A stretch of DNA of 64,000 nt from a virus. Taxonomy: Duplodnaviria; Caudoviricetes. The DNA lies in the IMG/VR virus record IMGVR_UViG_3300042013_000067, positions 32,001 to 96,000 of that record, one strand, 5' to 3'. The position numbers and the translations under genes were made by a program. Shown here piece by piece: positions 33,779 to 44,359 of the stretch (positions are counted from its first letter, which is position 1; each line of letters begins with the position of its first letter). The notes beneath the pieces were generated by a model. The model was not told where the DNA came from, ran no database searches, and was given only the letters and a program-made list of their open reading frames with translations.

Positions 33779-36667
33779 TTAGTGACGCAGGAAGTTAATG
33801 GTCAAGTCATCCTCGATCATCAACTCATCGTTAGAAAGTACGGTTGGTTTCTTACGCAGTGACAGACGAACCGAGTCATCCTGTACTGTCAGGATGCTGA
33901 AGTCCGCCGTACCACCCAAACCAGAGATCTCTACACCACTGACGTCGTCACCCGCAGCCAGTTTCAGCGCAGCGATAATGTCAGAGCGAACCACGAGGGT
34001 TTGACTGAGCATGTTGGTGATGATCTGCTTGGTCATTTCGATCAAGGCAGGACGCAGTGAGGTGTTGCGGTAGCTCGCGGCATCCATGTAGTAGACGACA
34101 TTGAGACCTTGGTCCAGTGAGATATCCGCCAACAGACCATCGCGTACCGTCGCGGTGGTGTTACCGAATGTAGTGATTGGGTAGAAGAAGATCTCGGATT
34201 CATCCAGCAGTTGCTTACGGATGTTTGCGATGTCGCCTTGCACCCACTCCACTACCTGCATCGGGATTTCATCTCGATACTCAACCGAAGCGGCCTCAGT
34301 AGCGAAGTAGTACATGCCATCCACGAGGAACAGCGTGAACTCACGGTGAATCTTGCGTGGCGCCAGTAGCACAGGTTGACCATTAGCGTCCAGCACAGTG
34401 TCGCCTTTGACATACTGCATCGTAGGCAATCCGGTGATCTCGTCCAACACTGGATCACCCACGTGATGAAGAATGTTGTACTCGATACCACCCTGACCGT
34501 CGGATTGGATAATCCGGTGACCGTCACCGTCTCGTTCGAAGATGGTTTCAGTCCAGTAGGCTGGGATATCCACGGTGTAGTGCTGGTACGACTCTTGACT
34601 CAACACTGTACGGTTACGTCGCCACAGATCGGTGAGTTCATAACCCAAGCGCACCGTCAGGCACTCACGCATCACGGTCATGAAGGTGTGCGACAGCAAG
34701 TGCTCTTGGACCATGGCATCGATATCGTTACCGACATAGCCGGGCGATTCAATACCGTTCACGATGATCGTGAAGTCAAGGTCGTGTTCCATGCCCAAAG
34801 CGAAGTGAGTCTGAGCCAAATCAAACATTGACAAGTTCGTGGTGTAAAGGCTGTTAGCCGAGTCCACGTCATAGTTCGTTTTGATCTCAAATTCAAAGAC
34901 CCGCTCGTTGTCTTGGATACCGACCATCGTACCGTTGACACTGGCATAGTTGTTTTCACCAATAGGCTTGTAGCCCATCTGTACCACAACCAGTTCGTCA
35001 CCCAATTGCTTGAACTGAGTATCGGTCTTCAGTTTGACTTGGATACGGAAACCAGCATCGGTCTTTTCAATCGAGTAGGTATCGATCGAGGCTTGCAGTT
35101 GACTGCTGTCGTTGTCATCCACGTACGTCTTACGCACTACCTTGGGTGCACCGAAGTAATACGGTCGCACATCGAAGTTAGCACTGGACGCATCCAGCAC
35201 ATAGTGGAATGGCGTATAGAGGTAGTTACCCTCTAGAATCATCCGTGCCACTGCTTCAGGACTGGCTTGACGCAACGCCGCAATACGACCGTCGTCCACC
35301 ACTGTCACCACACCACCTGTGTAATCAAACAGGATCGTGGGCAACAGGGTAATACGATCACCGTTGTCCGCTACGTGAGCACTGAGGGCCAGTTGCTCCA
35401 TAGAGAACTGCGTCTGGGCCATCATCGTACCCACTCCGGATGCGACCGAGTTGTTGGACGGTGGTGGTAGTCGCCGGCTCGCCAAGAACTGACGATGGGT
35501 TACGTTGTTGACGTTGGAGACGAGGTTGTAACCTTTACGTTCCAGGTAGTAGTTGAGCTGCACATCGGTGATCGGGAACGGAGCACCGTCAATCACACCA
35601 TCAATCACGGCATCACGCAGGACCTCAAAACTGGTCGCGTTGCTACCGCCACGAACGCGGTTAGGGCTGAGCACAGCAAACTCACCAATGTGGTTCAACG
35701 GGTCGGTGTATGTCTTGTCATCGTCGATGGAGTTAAAGTCAACGTCGAAAGACTCACGCTGATAACTACCCAAGTCCAGATCGATTACACCCTTGGTATT
35801 GAATACATCGATTCGCAACTCACCCACCGCCGTACGGTTGGTGGTATAGACCAATGGGAATTCAGCATGCACTTTACCGTTCAGTACCTTAAGCACTAAG
35901 GTCAGCTTAGTGGGGTCAAAGTTCTGATCGCTGTGCGTAGTTCTGATCTCGGTCCAACCACCACTGCCATCGGAGATATAAGCCCGAACATGGAAGAACT
36001 GATCTGGGAAAGTGAAGGTCGCCTCAAACGGCTCACTCGGGTTCAGCGTCTCGGTGTACGAATTCATCTGGAACTGGTAGATCGGGATCTGCAAGAACAG
36101 ATACCATTGACGATCGATCAGCAGTTCTCTCGTGGTAACGATGTTCGAATCCAGTGTCTGGATCGGCGACAGTGTGTCCATGTCGTAAACCACTTGCAAA
36201 CCGCCGTGACGCATTTGGCGGATGATAATGGCGTACTGCATGGTAAAGGTGTGGCCTGCCACCGTGATGGTGGTGTTGCGGGGGATCACCAGCTTCTTAA
36301 TGCCGTCAATCCCCTCATCGACCATGCGCGAGATGATCTCGGCTTTGTTGAAATAGAATTCAAACGTGGTACCGGCTGGGTTGGCGAAACGATTGAGGTA
36401 ATCGTCATCGCTCATGTGTAGGTAAAGGTCTTCAGCGGTGATCACGTTATTGCGATACAGACGGCGCACCAACGAAATACCTTCGGCCATCGCCATTGCC
36501 GCACACAGGGTGCCGTTCTCGATGGCATACACGAAAGGGTGAGAACCGTCCGGGATCTCGAAGCTACCGTTCCCGTTAACTTGACGTTCGAGCTCGTCCA
36601 TCGCCAGCTGAATCATCAGGTTCGGATTAGTCCGGACCGCTTCAAGGTTATCTTTATATTCGCTCAT
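33779..36667 (-). CDS. Baseplate wedge-like virion protein (phiKZ gp87-like; T4 gp6-like)
   Basis: 962 aa; RGGSNATSFEVLRDA resembles the baseplate J/gp6 GG.D.ES...R motif; synteny. Confidence 0.65.
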   Translation of the reverse strand: MSEYKDNLEAVRTNPNLMIQLAMDELERQVNGNGSFEIPDGSHPFVYAIENGTLCAAMAMAEGISLVRRLYRNNVITAEDLYLHMSDDDYLNRFANPAGTTFEFYFNKAEIISRMVDEGIDGIKKLVIPRNTTITVAGHTFTMQYAIIIRQMRHGGLQVVYDMDTLSPIQTLDSNIVTTRELLIDRQWYLFLQIPIYQFQMNSYTETLNPSEPFEATFTFPDQFFHVRAYISDGSGGWTEIRTTHSDQNFDPTKLTLVLKVLNGKVHAEFPLVYTTNRTAVGELRIDVFNTKGVIDLDLGSYQRESFDVDFNSIDDDKTYTDPLNHIGEFAVLSPNRVRGGSNATSFEVLRDAVIDGVIDGAPFPITDVQLNYYLERKGYNLVSNVNNVTHRQFLASRRLPPPSNNSVASGVGTMMAQTQFSMEQLALSAHVADNGDRITLLPTILFDYTGGVVTVVDDGRIAALRQASPEAVARMILEGNYLYTPFHYVLDASSANFDVRPYYFGAPKVVRKTYVDDNDSSQLQASIDTYSIEKTDAGFRIQVKLKTDTQFKQLGDELVVVQMGYKPIGENNYASVNGTMVGIQDNERVFEFEIKTNYDVDSANSLYTTNLSMFDLAQTHFALGMEHDLDFTIIVNGIESPGYVGNDIDAMVQEHLLSHTFMTVMRECLTVRLGYELTDLWRRNRTVLSQESYQHYTVDIPAYWTETIFERDGDGHRIIQSDGQGGIEYNILHHVGDPVLDEITGLPTMQYVKGDTVLDANGQPVLLAPRKIHREFTLFLVDGMYYFATEAASVEYRDEIPMQVVEWVQGDIANIRKQLLDESEIFFYPITTFGNTTATVRDGLLADISLDQGLNVVYYMDAASYRNTSLRPALIEMTKQIITNMLSQTLVVRSDIIAALKLAAGDDVSGVEISGLGGTADFSILTVQDDSVRLSLRKKPTVLSNDELMIEDDLTINFLRH

Positions 36668-36676
36668 CGTACACCT

Positions 36677-37732
36677 TTATTGCTGGGGTGTTGCTGTGGT
36701 TGGGAGGTCGACGCGGAGTATGCCGCCCTTCTGGGCTTCATATACGTTCTTGAATACCCACCATTCCAGTTCCATGGTGGCCGGTTCGATCCGTGGGTAT
36801 GCCCCTTTGTGGTTGAAGTATTCACGCTCGTAAGGTTTCAACTTCACCATCGAACCCGCGCGCTTATCGTCACGCATCGCAGGGTTGAACTCTTCCTGTA
36901 GTTCGTTGAACTCGTAGATCAGAATGTGGTCGTAGTAAGTAAATCCTACGGCCTTAAAGACGAAGGTGATGTTGTCACCAATGCCGGGAAATGGACTGTT
37001 GTTACCCGAGTCATCAAAGTCAGCATGTTGTGCCAGACCTGCGGTGATCGGATACGAAGCACCACATGCAAACAAACGAGTGACGTATGTTTTAGTGACG
37101 TCGGTTACAATCCGATAAATCCGTGTGTTGTAGTCGATGACGTTATAAAGGACGTTATCGGGATAAGGCATGATACGCCCTTCACGGGCCAAGCCTTGGT
37201 ACCGCTCCCACAGAAGCAGCATGAATGTTATAGGGTCGCCGATAATGTTGCGGAACGTGCACTGCAGATCGAAGCTGCCGTACATATACGGCACGTCATC
37301 CACGTACGTGTAGACCTCACGGTACAGACCTGGATCCGATGTAAACGTACCGAGGGTGAAGTCTTCCCATCCCGAGATTGAAACCAGATTGTTCCCCAAC
37401 AGGGGAATAAAAGGATTCAATGGATCCACGTTTTCACAAGTCAAACCTGCACGATGTGCTTCGGGATCCATGTAGGAACGCAGTGCACGCTGGATGCCGC
37501 TAGGGGCCTCCATCAGCAGGTTCGACATAGGCCGGTCGATCTGTAAGTTATCGTATGACAAATTCAAATCGGGTTTCGTGAAGAATGTGAAGCCGTGGTT
37601 CTCTGTGTTTAGCAGGTTCGGAGCAAACCGGCCCACCATGTTGTTCCCATACAGGGTATCGGACAGAACCCGATCTGCTGGAGAAAAACCACTATTCTGT
37701 GTGATCTGATTTAGATAGTTCTCATATGACAT
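36677..37732 (-). CDS. Virion protein with tail-tube-like fold, possible tube initiator (phiKZ gp88-like)
   Basis: DLQCTFRN...LLWERY...DYNTRIYRIVTD...GASYP pattern resembles T4 gp19/gp54-type tube proteins. Confidence 0.6.
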   Translation of the reverse strand: MSYENYLNQITQNSGFSPADRVLSDTLYGNNMVGRFAPNLLNTENHGFTFFTKPDLNLSYDNLQIDRPMSNLLMEAPSGIQRALRSYMDPEAHRAGLTCENVDPLNPFIPLLGNNLVSISGWEDFTLGTFTSDPGLYREVYTYVDDVPYMYGSFDLQCTFRNIIGDPITFMLLLWERYQGLAREGRIMPYPDNVLYNVIDYNTRIYRIVTDVTKTYVTRLFACGASYPITAGLAQHADFDDSGNNSPFPGIGDNITFVFKAVGFTYYDHILIYEFNELQEEFNPAMRDDKRAGSMVKLKPYEREYFNHKGAYPRIEPATMELEWWVFKNVYEAQKGGILRVDLPTTATPQQ

Positions 37733-37765
37733 GCCGAACACCACTTGTGTAAAAGGAATATAGCC

Positions 37766-38914
37766 ATGCCGCTACCTGCCGCAGCCATCCCGCTCGCAAT
37801 GTCGGTCGCCAAGACGACTGGCGCGACCATTGCCGCAAACGCGGCTTCTAATGCCATCGGCGCTATCGTGCAGGCTGCACGTAACGGCACCGATATCAGT
37901 TCGCTGGCGGACTTGTCTCGCCCAGCGCGTGTTGAACCGTTGGTGCTGGTTGAACAAACCCTGCAAAACCAACCGTTCATGGAAAACGTAATGAAGTTCG
38001 GTCTGACCAACTTCGCTGCATACTACATGCAAGCGTTCAACATGTTGATGAACGTAGGTCGCATCGAGACCCTCAAGGTATTCGATAGCCTGAACCCTAA
38101 CCGTAACTTCGGTATGGGCCAAGGTGCACTGTTGCAAGGCACCGTACTTTCCCAAGAAGAATTCGACCTCGGCTTGCCGTCGCTCGAAGCTTATGACCGG
38201 CCCATCGAACCTGGCTTGATTGCCTCGCTCGAATCCGCCGATGAAGTCAGCGGTAATGCCAAGATCGAGAAGCTCTACGAAGTAGAAAGCCTCTCCGTCG
38301 GCAAGCTGGTTAACGTCGAGCTCAAGGACGGCGACCAGATCTCGAAGATCCCTGTGTTGATTCGTTTGCAGGCCACCACGGTCAAGACCGATATCATGAC
38401 ACATATCTTTACCGCTGGCGGTCGCGACAGCTACGGTGAACGTTTCCAACTGGCCCGTGCTGGCTTGATCCGTCCGATCCGCGACCTGATCTTCGGCATC
38501 GATCTGATCGATGAGCACCGTCGCGCTCTGATGAACGACACCAGCGGTGCCTACAAGGCCATCACTGACCGTCGCCGTAACAACGTCAAGAAAGCGGCTA
38601 TGTCCGGCGTGGTCTCTGCGGCCGATGCTTCGAACATCGCTATCATCACCAAAGAAACCGCCAAGGCCATCGGTCAGAAGCTCTACGGCAAACTGGACAA
38701 CCAAGCGGTCCGTAACCGTATCTTCGACAACAGCTACCTGTTGCTGCTGATCGTTGTTGATGAGCGCTACGAACAAATCACCGTCTACCACCGTGGTCTC
38801 GACATTCCAGGCGAACACTCCTTCAAAGAGATCGCTGCTGCCGAGAAAGGTCGTGGTCAGGACATCACCGAGGTGTACAAGATGATCTTGGGCGCCATGG
38901 GTTCGAACGTCTAA
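37766..38914 (+). CDS. Internal head protein (phiKZ gp89-like)
   Basis: 382 aa, AAGGA SD, S-x-E sites (LSQE, PSLE, ASLE), synteny. Confidence 0.7.
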   Translation: MPLPAAAIPLAMSVAKTTGATIAANAASNAIGAIVQAARNGTDISSLADLSRPARVEPLVLVEQTLQNQPFMENVMKFGLTNFAAYYMQAFNMLMNVGRIETLKVFDSLNPNRNFGMGQGALLQGTVLSQEEFDLGLPSLEAYDRPIEPGLIASLESADEVSGNAKIEKLYEVESLSVGKLVNVELKDGDQISKIPVLIRLQATTVKTDIMTHIFTAGGRDSYGERFQLARAGLIRPIRDLIFGIDLIDEHRRALMNDTSGAYKAITDRRRNNVKKAAMSGVVSAADASNIAIITKETAKAIGQKLYGKLDNQAVRNRIFDNSYLLLLIVVDERYEQITVYHRGLDIPGEHSFKEIAAAEKGRGQDITEVYKMILGAMGSNV

Positions 38915-38929
38915 AAGGGCTGAAGCATA

Positions 38930-39835
38930 ATGAATGCGATTATCGATTACATCAAAAAACTCATGCCGCTCTGCGAGCGTCGTGAGATGCTCATGGCCCT
39001 CAAAGGCCTGCGTGACGAACACAACGATACGCTGATGCCTGTCATCGCCGAGATCCGTGATCAGCTGACCGACCATCAGTTCACGTCCAAGTTGTATAAG
39101 GACTACGAGATTCGTCTGCGTCGTCACATCAACTTCAATCAGCCGCCAATCACGCTGCTGCTGCGTTCGATCGAAAACCTCCAAGCTCTGTTTCCGTTCA
39201 TCGAGAAAGAGATCAACGAGAACTTCGGTCCACAGGTCGCTACCGCCAGCATGACCTACGACAGCGTTAACGTGCTGCGTTTCCTCGACTCGGTGGCTTT
39301 CTACATTCGCTACGCGCGCAAGTTCTTGCTGCGTGTGGTGGCTGAAGAAGCAGCCGCGGTCGGTGGTACCCGTCAAGACCTCGTTCGTGGTGAGCTGGAA
39401 TACCTCGATGAGAACCTAGACAACTTCTGCGGTCTGTTCCCAGCGATGATCAAATCCGAAGGCGAACTGCGGCAGGTGTTCCGTAAGGTCTCCACTGCAG
39501 TCGTCGACGAAGCCACCAGCGATCTGGCGTTCAAGTCCCTCGGTAACGAGAAGATCGACCCACTGAAACTGGCTAACTTCTCCCCACAGAGAAACTGGCT
39601 GATGTCGATGGGTAAAATGTACGCCGAATGGCAGGTTGCCCGTTACCGTTCTGGTAAGGAAGACTTGGCCGCGCTGCAAATGCGCCTGCAAGAAATGCGT
39701 GAACTGGTTGCCGGTGGTAAAGCCAGCCCAGCCGTTCAGGTTGCAGTGAAGCGTCTCGAAGATCGGATCAGTAAGCTTGATGCTAAACTGGCCAAGGTCG
39801 AAGAAGATGCACAAGACGGGAGTGTCGCCGCATGA
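38930..39835 (+). CDS. Internal head protein (phiKZ gp90-like)
   Basis: 301 aa, C-terminal coiled coil, synteny. Confidence 0.7.
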   Translation: MNAIIDYIKKLMPLCERREMLMALKGLRDEHNDTLMPVIAEIRDQLTDHQFTSKLYKDYEIRLRRHINFNQPPITLLLRSIENLQALFPFIEKEINENFGPQVATASMTYDSVNVLRFLDSVAFYIRYARKFLLRVVAEEAAAVGGTRQDLVRGELEYLDENLDNFCGLFPAMIKSEGELRQVFRKVSTAVVDEATSDLAFKSLGNEKIDPLKLANFSPQRNWLMSMGKMYAEWQVARYRSGKEDLAALQMRLQEMRELVAGGKASPAVQVAVKRLEDRISKLDAKLAKVEEDAQDGSVAA

Positions 39836-40362
39836 TCATGCCCAACGCAGTCAAAGAACATCGCGCTAACCCAGGTTATCACGGTGGTCCAGCTGACTCG
39901 TTGCCGCTTGTGGCGTTCCGCGATGGGCAGCCCGATGTGGTTGCCCTGATGCGGGAGTTCATCGCCCCTGGTGCACCGACAGCGACCTGGGAGTTCCGTC
40001 GTAAGGTGATCAAGTTAGCTGTAACCCTGTTTACGGGCCGCAGCAACTGGTTCATCAACATCGACTCCGAACCCACCATCCAGCATTACAACTACGAGTT
40101 CATTCTCGACACGGTGCGGTATATCGCCACCGGCCATCGCCGCCTCAGTATTCACAGCTGGCCTGATCTGATCGGTCACAACCAAGATGGCGTCATCGAC
40201 AAAGAGCACGCTGCGGTACGGACCTTGTTTAAAGACTTGGCCTTGTCCAATGACATGCTGTCGCTGATCCAGCGCTGGTGTTCGTACAAGGGTGGGGTGG
40301 AAGATCTCATGTACACCCTCAACATCCTGTTCGGTGACCGCGTCATTCAGGTAACAGAATAA
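39832..40362 (+). CDS. Conserved structural-region protein (phiKZ gp91-like)
   Basis: 176 aa, ATGA overlap; ends DLMYTLNILFG. Confidence 0.7.
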   Translation: MIMPNAVKEHRANPGYHGGPADSLPLVAFRDGQPDVVALMREFIAPGAPTATWEFRRKVIKLAVTLFTGRSNWFINIDSEPTIQHYNYEFILDTVRYIATGHRRLSIHSWPDLIGHNQDGVIDKEHAAVRTLFKDLALSNDMLSLIQRWCSYKGGVEDLMYTLNILFGDRVIQVTE

Positions 40363-40384
40363 GCGTGGGCAACCACGCTTTTTT
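40361..40384 (+). terminator. Intrinsic terminator
   Basis: AAGCGTGG-GCAA-CCACGCTT followed by a T run. Confidence 0.8.
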
Positions 40385-40404
40385 GATTTATTAAGGAGCA
40401 GGCC

Positions 40405-41640
40405 ATGCGCCACTTGAAACGTCATCTTGAGCGTGTATCGCTGGAAGATGCAGAAAACAACGAAGCGGACCTGACACCGAAAGATCCGGTGGTCGAGAAC
40501 GTCGATTCTGAACCAGAAGAAATCGAGAACCTAGCAGCTGACCTACTGGTCGAGCCTGAACCTGCTGGTGACAGCGTACGTGCTGAGATCGTCGAAGTTG
40601 AAGACATGTGCGTGGCCGTTGAAGAATTCCAAGCGTTGCTGGGCGCCGCAGTACAGCGCGGCGGCATGCGTGCCGAAGAAGGCATTATCGTCGGTACAGC
40701 ACTGAAGCACTTCAATAAGCGTCTGGGTATCCAGGGTAAAGAGACCTTGGGTCTGGAAGACTTCGGTGGCAATATGTCCCGTCTGAAAGCTACCCAGATT
40801 TCCCAGGAAGCTTTCGCCGACGTAGCCAAGGCCGCTGCTGCCAAGATAAAGGACCTGATCGCAAAGCTCCTGGCCTTCTTGAGAGAGAAGGCCGCCGCGT
40901 TTGATGCACAGGGTCAAAAGGTCAAGGTAATCGTTGGTCAGATCAAGCAACGCGTCAAGACTATCGTGACGGGCGAGATCGAACTCGAATACCAAGGCAA
41001 CTACATCGGCGAGCGAGATATCCTCAACGCCAAAACACTGGCTGGTGCTGCGGTTTGGGCCGAGAGCCTAAACAGCCATATGTCTTCGCACCTGAAGGCT
41101 ACTGCTGACGTGATCAAGAAGCTGGCCCTTAGTCAGGGCACCGCTGAAGACGTCGCTGCTTTCGATAAACAGATCGAAGGCATGTGGGGTTTGAACACCA
41201 ACCCTATCGCCACGGTCATGCGTGTGGCAAAGGCAGTGGGGTATCCACTGACACAGTCGAAGATGGCGATCCTCACCCACAAAGAAGGTTCGAGCGGCAC
41301 TCCTGTTCTCTCGCACAGTTTGGAAGTCAAAGGCGACCAAGCGAAACCGATCAAGATGTCGTTGACCAAAGGGCAGTATATTGCCCTGCTTGATGCCACC
41401 GAAAAGATGAACAATTCGGTGCTGTCGATGTCTGCCGCTTACGCTGCAAACTCCAGCGTAGTCATGGGTATGAGTATCAGTTTCAGAACCCAGGAAGCAC
41501 AGACGGCTGCGGATAAAGTTCTGTCGGGTCTAATCGCCTTGATCGAACAAGACATCTACGGTGTGGTTAAATGCATCGGTGCTGCTCGCGGTGAGCTCGG
41601 CTACATCTGCGCGATCGCTGCCAAGAAGTTCGGTCTCTAA
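40405..41640 (+). CDS. Inner-body / ejection protein paralogue 1 (phiKZ gp93-family like)
   Basis: MRHLKRHLERVSLED, acidic propeptide, GLEDF and ISQE protease-type sites, AAGGAG SD. Confidence 0.78.
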   Translation: MRHLKRHLERVSLEDAENNEADLTPKDPVVENVDSEPEEIENLAADLLVEPEPAGDSVRAEIVEVEDMCVAVEEFQALLGAAVQRGGMRAEEGIIVGTALKHFNKRLGIQGKETLGLEDFGGNMSRLKATQISQEAFADVAKAAAAKIKDLIAKLLAFLREKAAAFDAQGQKVKVIVGQIKQRVKTIVTGEIELEYQGNYIGERDILNAKTLAGAAVWAESLNSHMSSHLKATADVIKKLALSQGTAEDVAAFDKQIEGMWGLNTNPIATVMRVAKAVGYPLTQSKMAILTHKEGSSGTPVLSHSLEVKGDQAKPIKMSLTKGQYIALLDATEKMNNSVLSMSAAYAANSSVVMGMSISFRTQEAQTAADKVLSGLIALIEQDIYGVVKCIGAARGELGYICAIAAKKFGL

Positions 41641-41647
41641 ACACAAC

Positions 41648-41677
41648 GCGGCGCTGTCGAAAGACAGCGCTGTTATG
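41648..41677 (+). terminator. Stem-loop between paralogues
   Basis: GCGCTGTC-GAAA-GACAGCGC then TGTTATG. Confidence 0.6.
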
Positions 41678-41688
41678 AGGATTTTGAA

Positions 41689-42966
41689 ATGCGTCATCTG
41701 AAAGCACATATTGAACGCGTCAGTCAAGAAGACGCAAGCACCACTGATGTGGACCTGAAGGAACCGGCAGTAGGCTCGGAACCGGAAGAACTCAAAGAGA
41801 TCAATACTGACTGCTTGGTCGATCTCGATGCTCCTCCTAAGGCCGAAGTCAACGAACTGGAAGAGTGCAACGACATCAAGACCTCGCTGGAGCACTTCAG
41901 CGGTCTGCTCGACGATGCTAAGGCCCGTGGCGGTATGCGTCCTGCTGAAGCAGTGCTCATGCGCACCAGCCTCAAGCACTTTGCCAAACGCCTCGGTGTT
42001 GCGCAGAGCGAAGTTCCATCGATGGAAGACTTCGATGGTGATTGCACCCGCATGCAGGCCAACACCATCTCGCAAGAAGCGATCGTGGTCATCGACAAGG
42101 CACTCATCGACAAGATCGTTGAGTTGATCAAGAAGATGTTGGCCAAGGCGAAAGAGTTTATCGCTAAGCTGGACGTCCAGACCGTCAAGGTTGATCAGAT
42201 CCTGGGCAACATCAAAGCGCGTTATCGCAAGTGGAAGACCGGTGAGGTGACTTTCAAGTCGCGCTTTGGTTCCGTGATGCGCAGCGAAGACTTGACGCCA
42301 CAAGGACTGCGGGCACTCACCGAAGCCGCGAATTTCTCGACGAACTTGTTGTACCACTTCCAAGCTGCGGTACGGACCTCCACTCGCCTGAACGTCAATG
42401 TGCTGCTGGGCAGCGCCGGTGAAGAAGCCGACATTACGAAGTTCGAGAAAAACATTCGTGAGATCTGGGGTCCGCAACACAGTCCTTTCGTTCTGGCCCT
42501 GAATAGTGGTCGTACGGAAATCAACATCGGTTCGGCCACCCACGGCAAGCTGAAGAACGATACCCCGAACGGTCTGACTAACCAGTACTCGATGGAGTTC
42601 ATCACTGACTACGGTGATGGCACTACAGCTGAGGCTGAAGTCACTCTGACCAAATCCGAATTCAGCAACATGGTCAGCACCTGCAACACTCTTAATGAGA
42701 AGGTGAAGAAGAACACCGAGACGTACAAAGCCATCACCCAAGCGGTGGTTGAGCTGGGTCAGATGGCCCACATAGCCAAGAACCCTATGGTGATCAGCCG
42801 GATCAACACGGTGGCCTCGGAACTCAGCTACATGCACACCGTGGAGCTGGAGAACGTTGTGCGTAAGGTTGCCTATCTGCGCAACGCTCTTGGTGTATTC
42901 TTGCTGCTGGCCGGCAGTGAGTTCGACAAGGACGGTGAATCCGTCAACGTTGCGAACAACAAGTAA
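41689..42966 (+). CDS. Inner-body / ejection protein paralogue 2
   Basis: MRHLKAHIERVSQED, SLE/SME/SQE sites; first ~150 aa colinear with paralogue 1. Confidence 0.78.
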   Translation: MRHLKAHIERVSQEDASTTDVDLKEPAVGSEPEELKEINTDCLVDLDAPPKAEVNELEECNDIKTSLEHFSGLLDDAKARGGMRPAEAVLMRTSLKHFAKRLGVAQSEVPSMEDFDGDCTRMQANTISQEAIVVIDKALIDKIVELIKKMLAKAKEFIAKLDVQTVKVDQILGNIKARYRKWKTGEVTFKSRFGSVMRSEDLTPQGLRALTEAANFSTNLLYHFQAAVRTSTRLNVNVLLGSAGEEADITKFEKNIREIWGPQHSPFVLALNSGRTEINIGSATHGKLKNDTPNGLTNQYSMEFITDYGDGTTAEAEVTLTKSEFSNMVSTCNTLNEKVKKNTETYKAITQAVVELGQMAHIAKNPMVISRINTVASELSYMHTVELENVVRKVAYLRNALGVFLLLAGSEFDKDGESVNVANNK

Positions 42967-42969
42967 CGA

Positions 42970-42997
42970 CATAAAGGCGCCTACGGGCGCCTCTATG
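42970..42997 (+). terminator. CATAAAG-family terminator
   Basis: CATAAAGGCGCC-TACG-GGCGCCTCTATG. Confidence 0.75.
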
Positions 42998-43020
42998 TTT
43001 GTCTGTGAATAGAGGTGTGT

Positions 43021-44256
43021 ATGTCCGAGATTTTGGGTGAAGCCAAAGACGAACAGTATGTCATGGATGGTGAAAGCGATATTGAGAAACTACATAATCG
43101 CTTAAACCCACCCGGCACACTGGCTCTCGCTAACCGTTTCTTTGGTGGCTTGAGTGAAGGCTACTACTCCGGTGAAGACGCTAACGGCATGACCGACGAA
43201 GAACTCGGTAACAATGCCAAGTACATTGCTGAGCTGTTGTCGATAGATGACGACAACGCTTTGAGCGTACTGCGTCTGGTTGATAGCGTAGAATCCTACG
43301 AAGAACATCCACGGTTGGATATGGATTTGTTCTCAACAGAGATCTCGCAAGAAGACCTAGCCGACAATAGCTTGAAAGCCTTGAAGACAATCTTTGGCTG
43401 GACTAAGTCTATCGCCAAGCAGGTCTTCAACGAAATGACCAACTACGAACTCGTGGCCCGCTATTTGGCGTTCCATGCTGAAAATATCCAGACGTTGTCT
43501 CGTGACCGTCGTCAATCGACGCAGTACAACAACCAACCTCTGGTGGTGAACACCCGTATTGTTAACCTCTCGATTCGCTATATGCCAGTAAAGGACGTAG
43601 CCGGTTTGTTGACAGCCATGCGTATCTTGTCCAACGTCACCAAAGACTACTTCAACTACAACGGTGATGATCTGCTGAGTGTGGCTGATCGGTTACCGAG
43701 CCTGATCCACGATGCCGAGGCACTGCAAGGGTCCTTGGTAAATGCATCCCCTGCGAAACTGTTCCGTACCACCAGCTTCTATCCGGGAAATGAACCCGAT
43801 ACTCATGTCACCGCTCACCTGTTGGGTTGTCACCGAGTGTCGATCAAGACCCAGTTCTCCACTGGCCTGCTGGATCAGCGCTTCACCGTGCGACTGGTGC
43901 CATCGGATATCTCTCCACGTCCGTTGCCAGACAAGATCGAGTTCAAACGCTTCACTGTCCAAGCCATGGACCAAGTCCTGCGGCAGGTAGTGGACTTGAC
44001 CGAGTTCCTGCAAGAGATCAACACACCAATGATCCGTCAACGTCGTATGGCGCGCATCGATCGGATCTCGGTGCTGTCTCAAAAGATCGCCAAGGATATC
44101 GAAGCAGGACAGTTTGATGCAGAGCGTCACCGTAAAGTGATCGCCCTAGTTAACCAATACAACGACTGGATCATCACTCCGTATAAGGAACTATATGGAT
44201 TGGTTTGTCGTAACGTCCGTGCAGTGCTCAACGTTTGTGAGCTCAACACACAGTAA
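43021..44256 (+). CDS. Internal head protein (phiKZ gp94-97 region)
   Basis: 411 aa, GAGGT SD, ISQEDL processing-like site after an acidic N-terminus. Confidence 0.7.
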   Translation: MSEILGEAKDEQYVMDGESDIEKLHNRLNPPGTLALANRFFGGLSEGYYSGEDANGMTDEELGNNAKYIAELLSIDDDNALSVLRLVDSVESYEEHPRLDMDLFSTEISQEDLADNSLKALKTIFGWTKSIAKQVFNEMTNYELVARYLAFHAENIQTLSRDRRQSTQYNNQPLVVNTRIVNLSIRYMPVKDVAGLLTAMRILSNVTKDYFNYNGDDLLSVADRLPSLIHDAEALQGSLVNASPAKLFRTTSFYPGNEPDTHVTAHLLGCHRVSIKTQFSTGLLDQRFTVRLVPSDISPRPLPDKIEFKRFTVQAMDQVLRQVVDLTEFLQEINTPMIRQRRMARIDRISVLSQKIAKDIEAGQFDAERHRKVIALVNQYNDWIITPYKELYGLVCRNVRAVLNVCELNTQ

Positions 44257-44359
44257 TTGTCGAATCATATAGGCTAAGTGCAGTCGCATTCAGTCATTCT
44301 TAACTGGCTAAGCTGATCCCCTAGCCAGCAACACTTCTGTACAGAAAAGGTTGAAGACC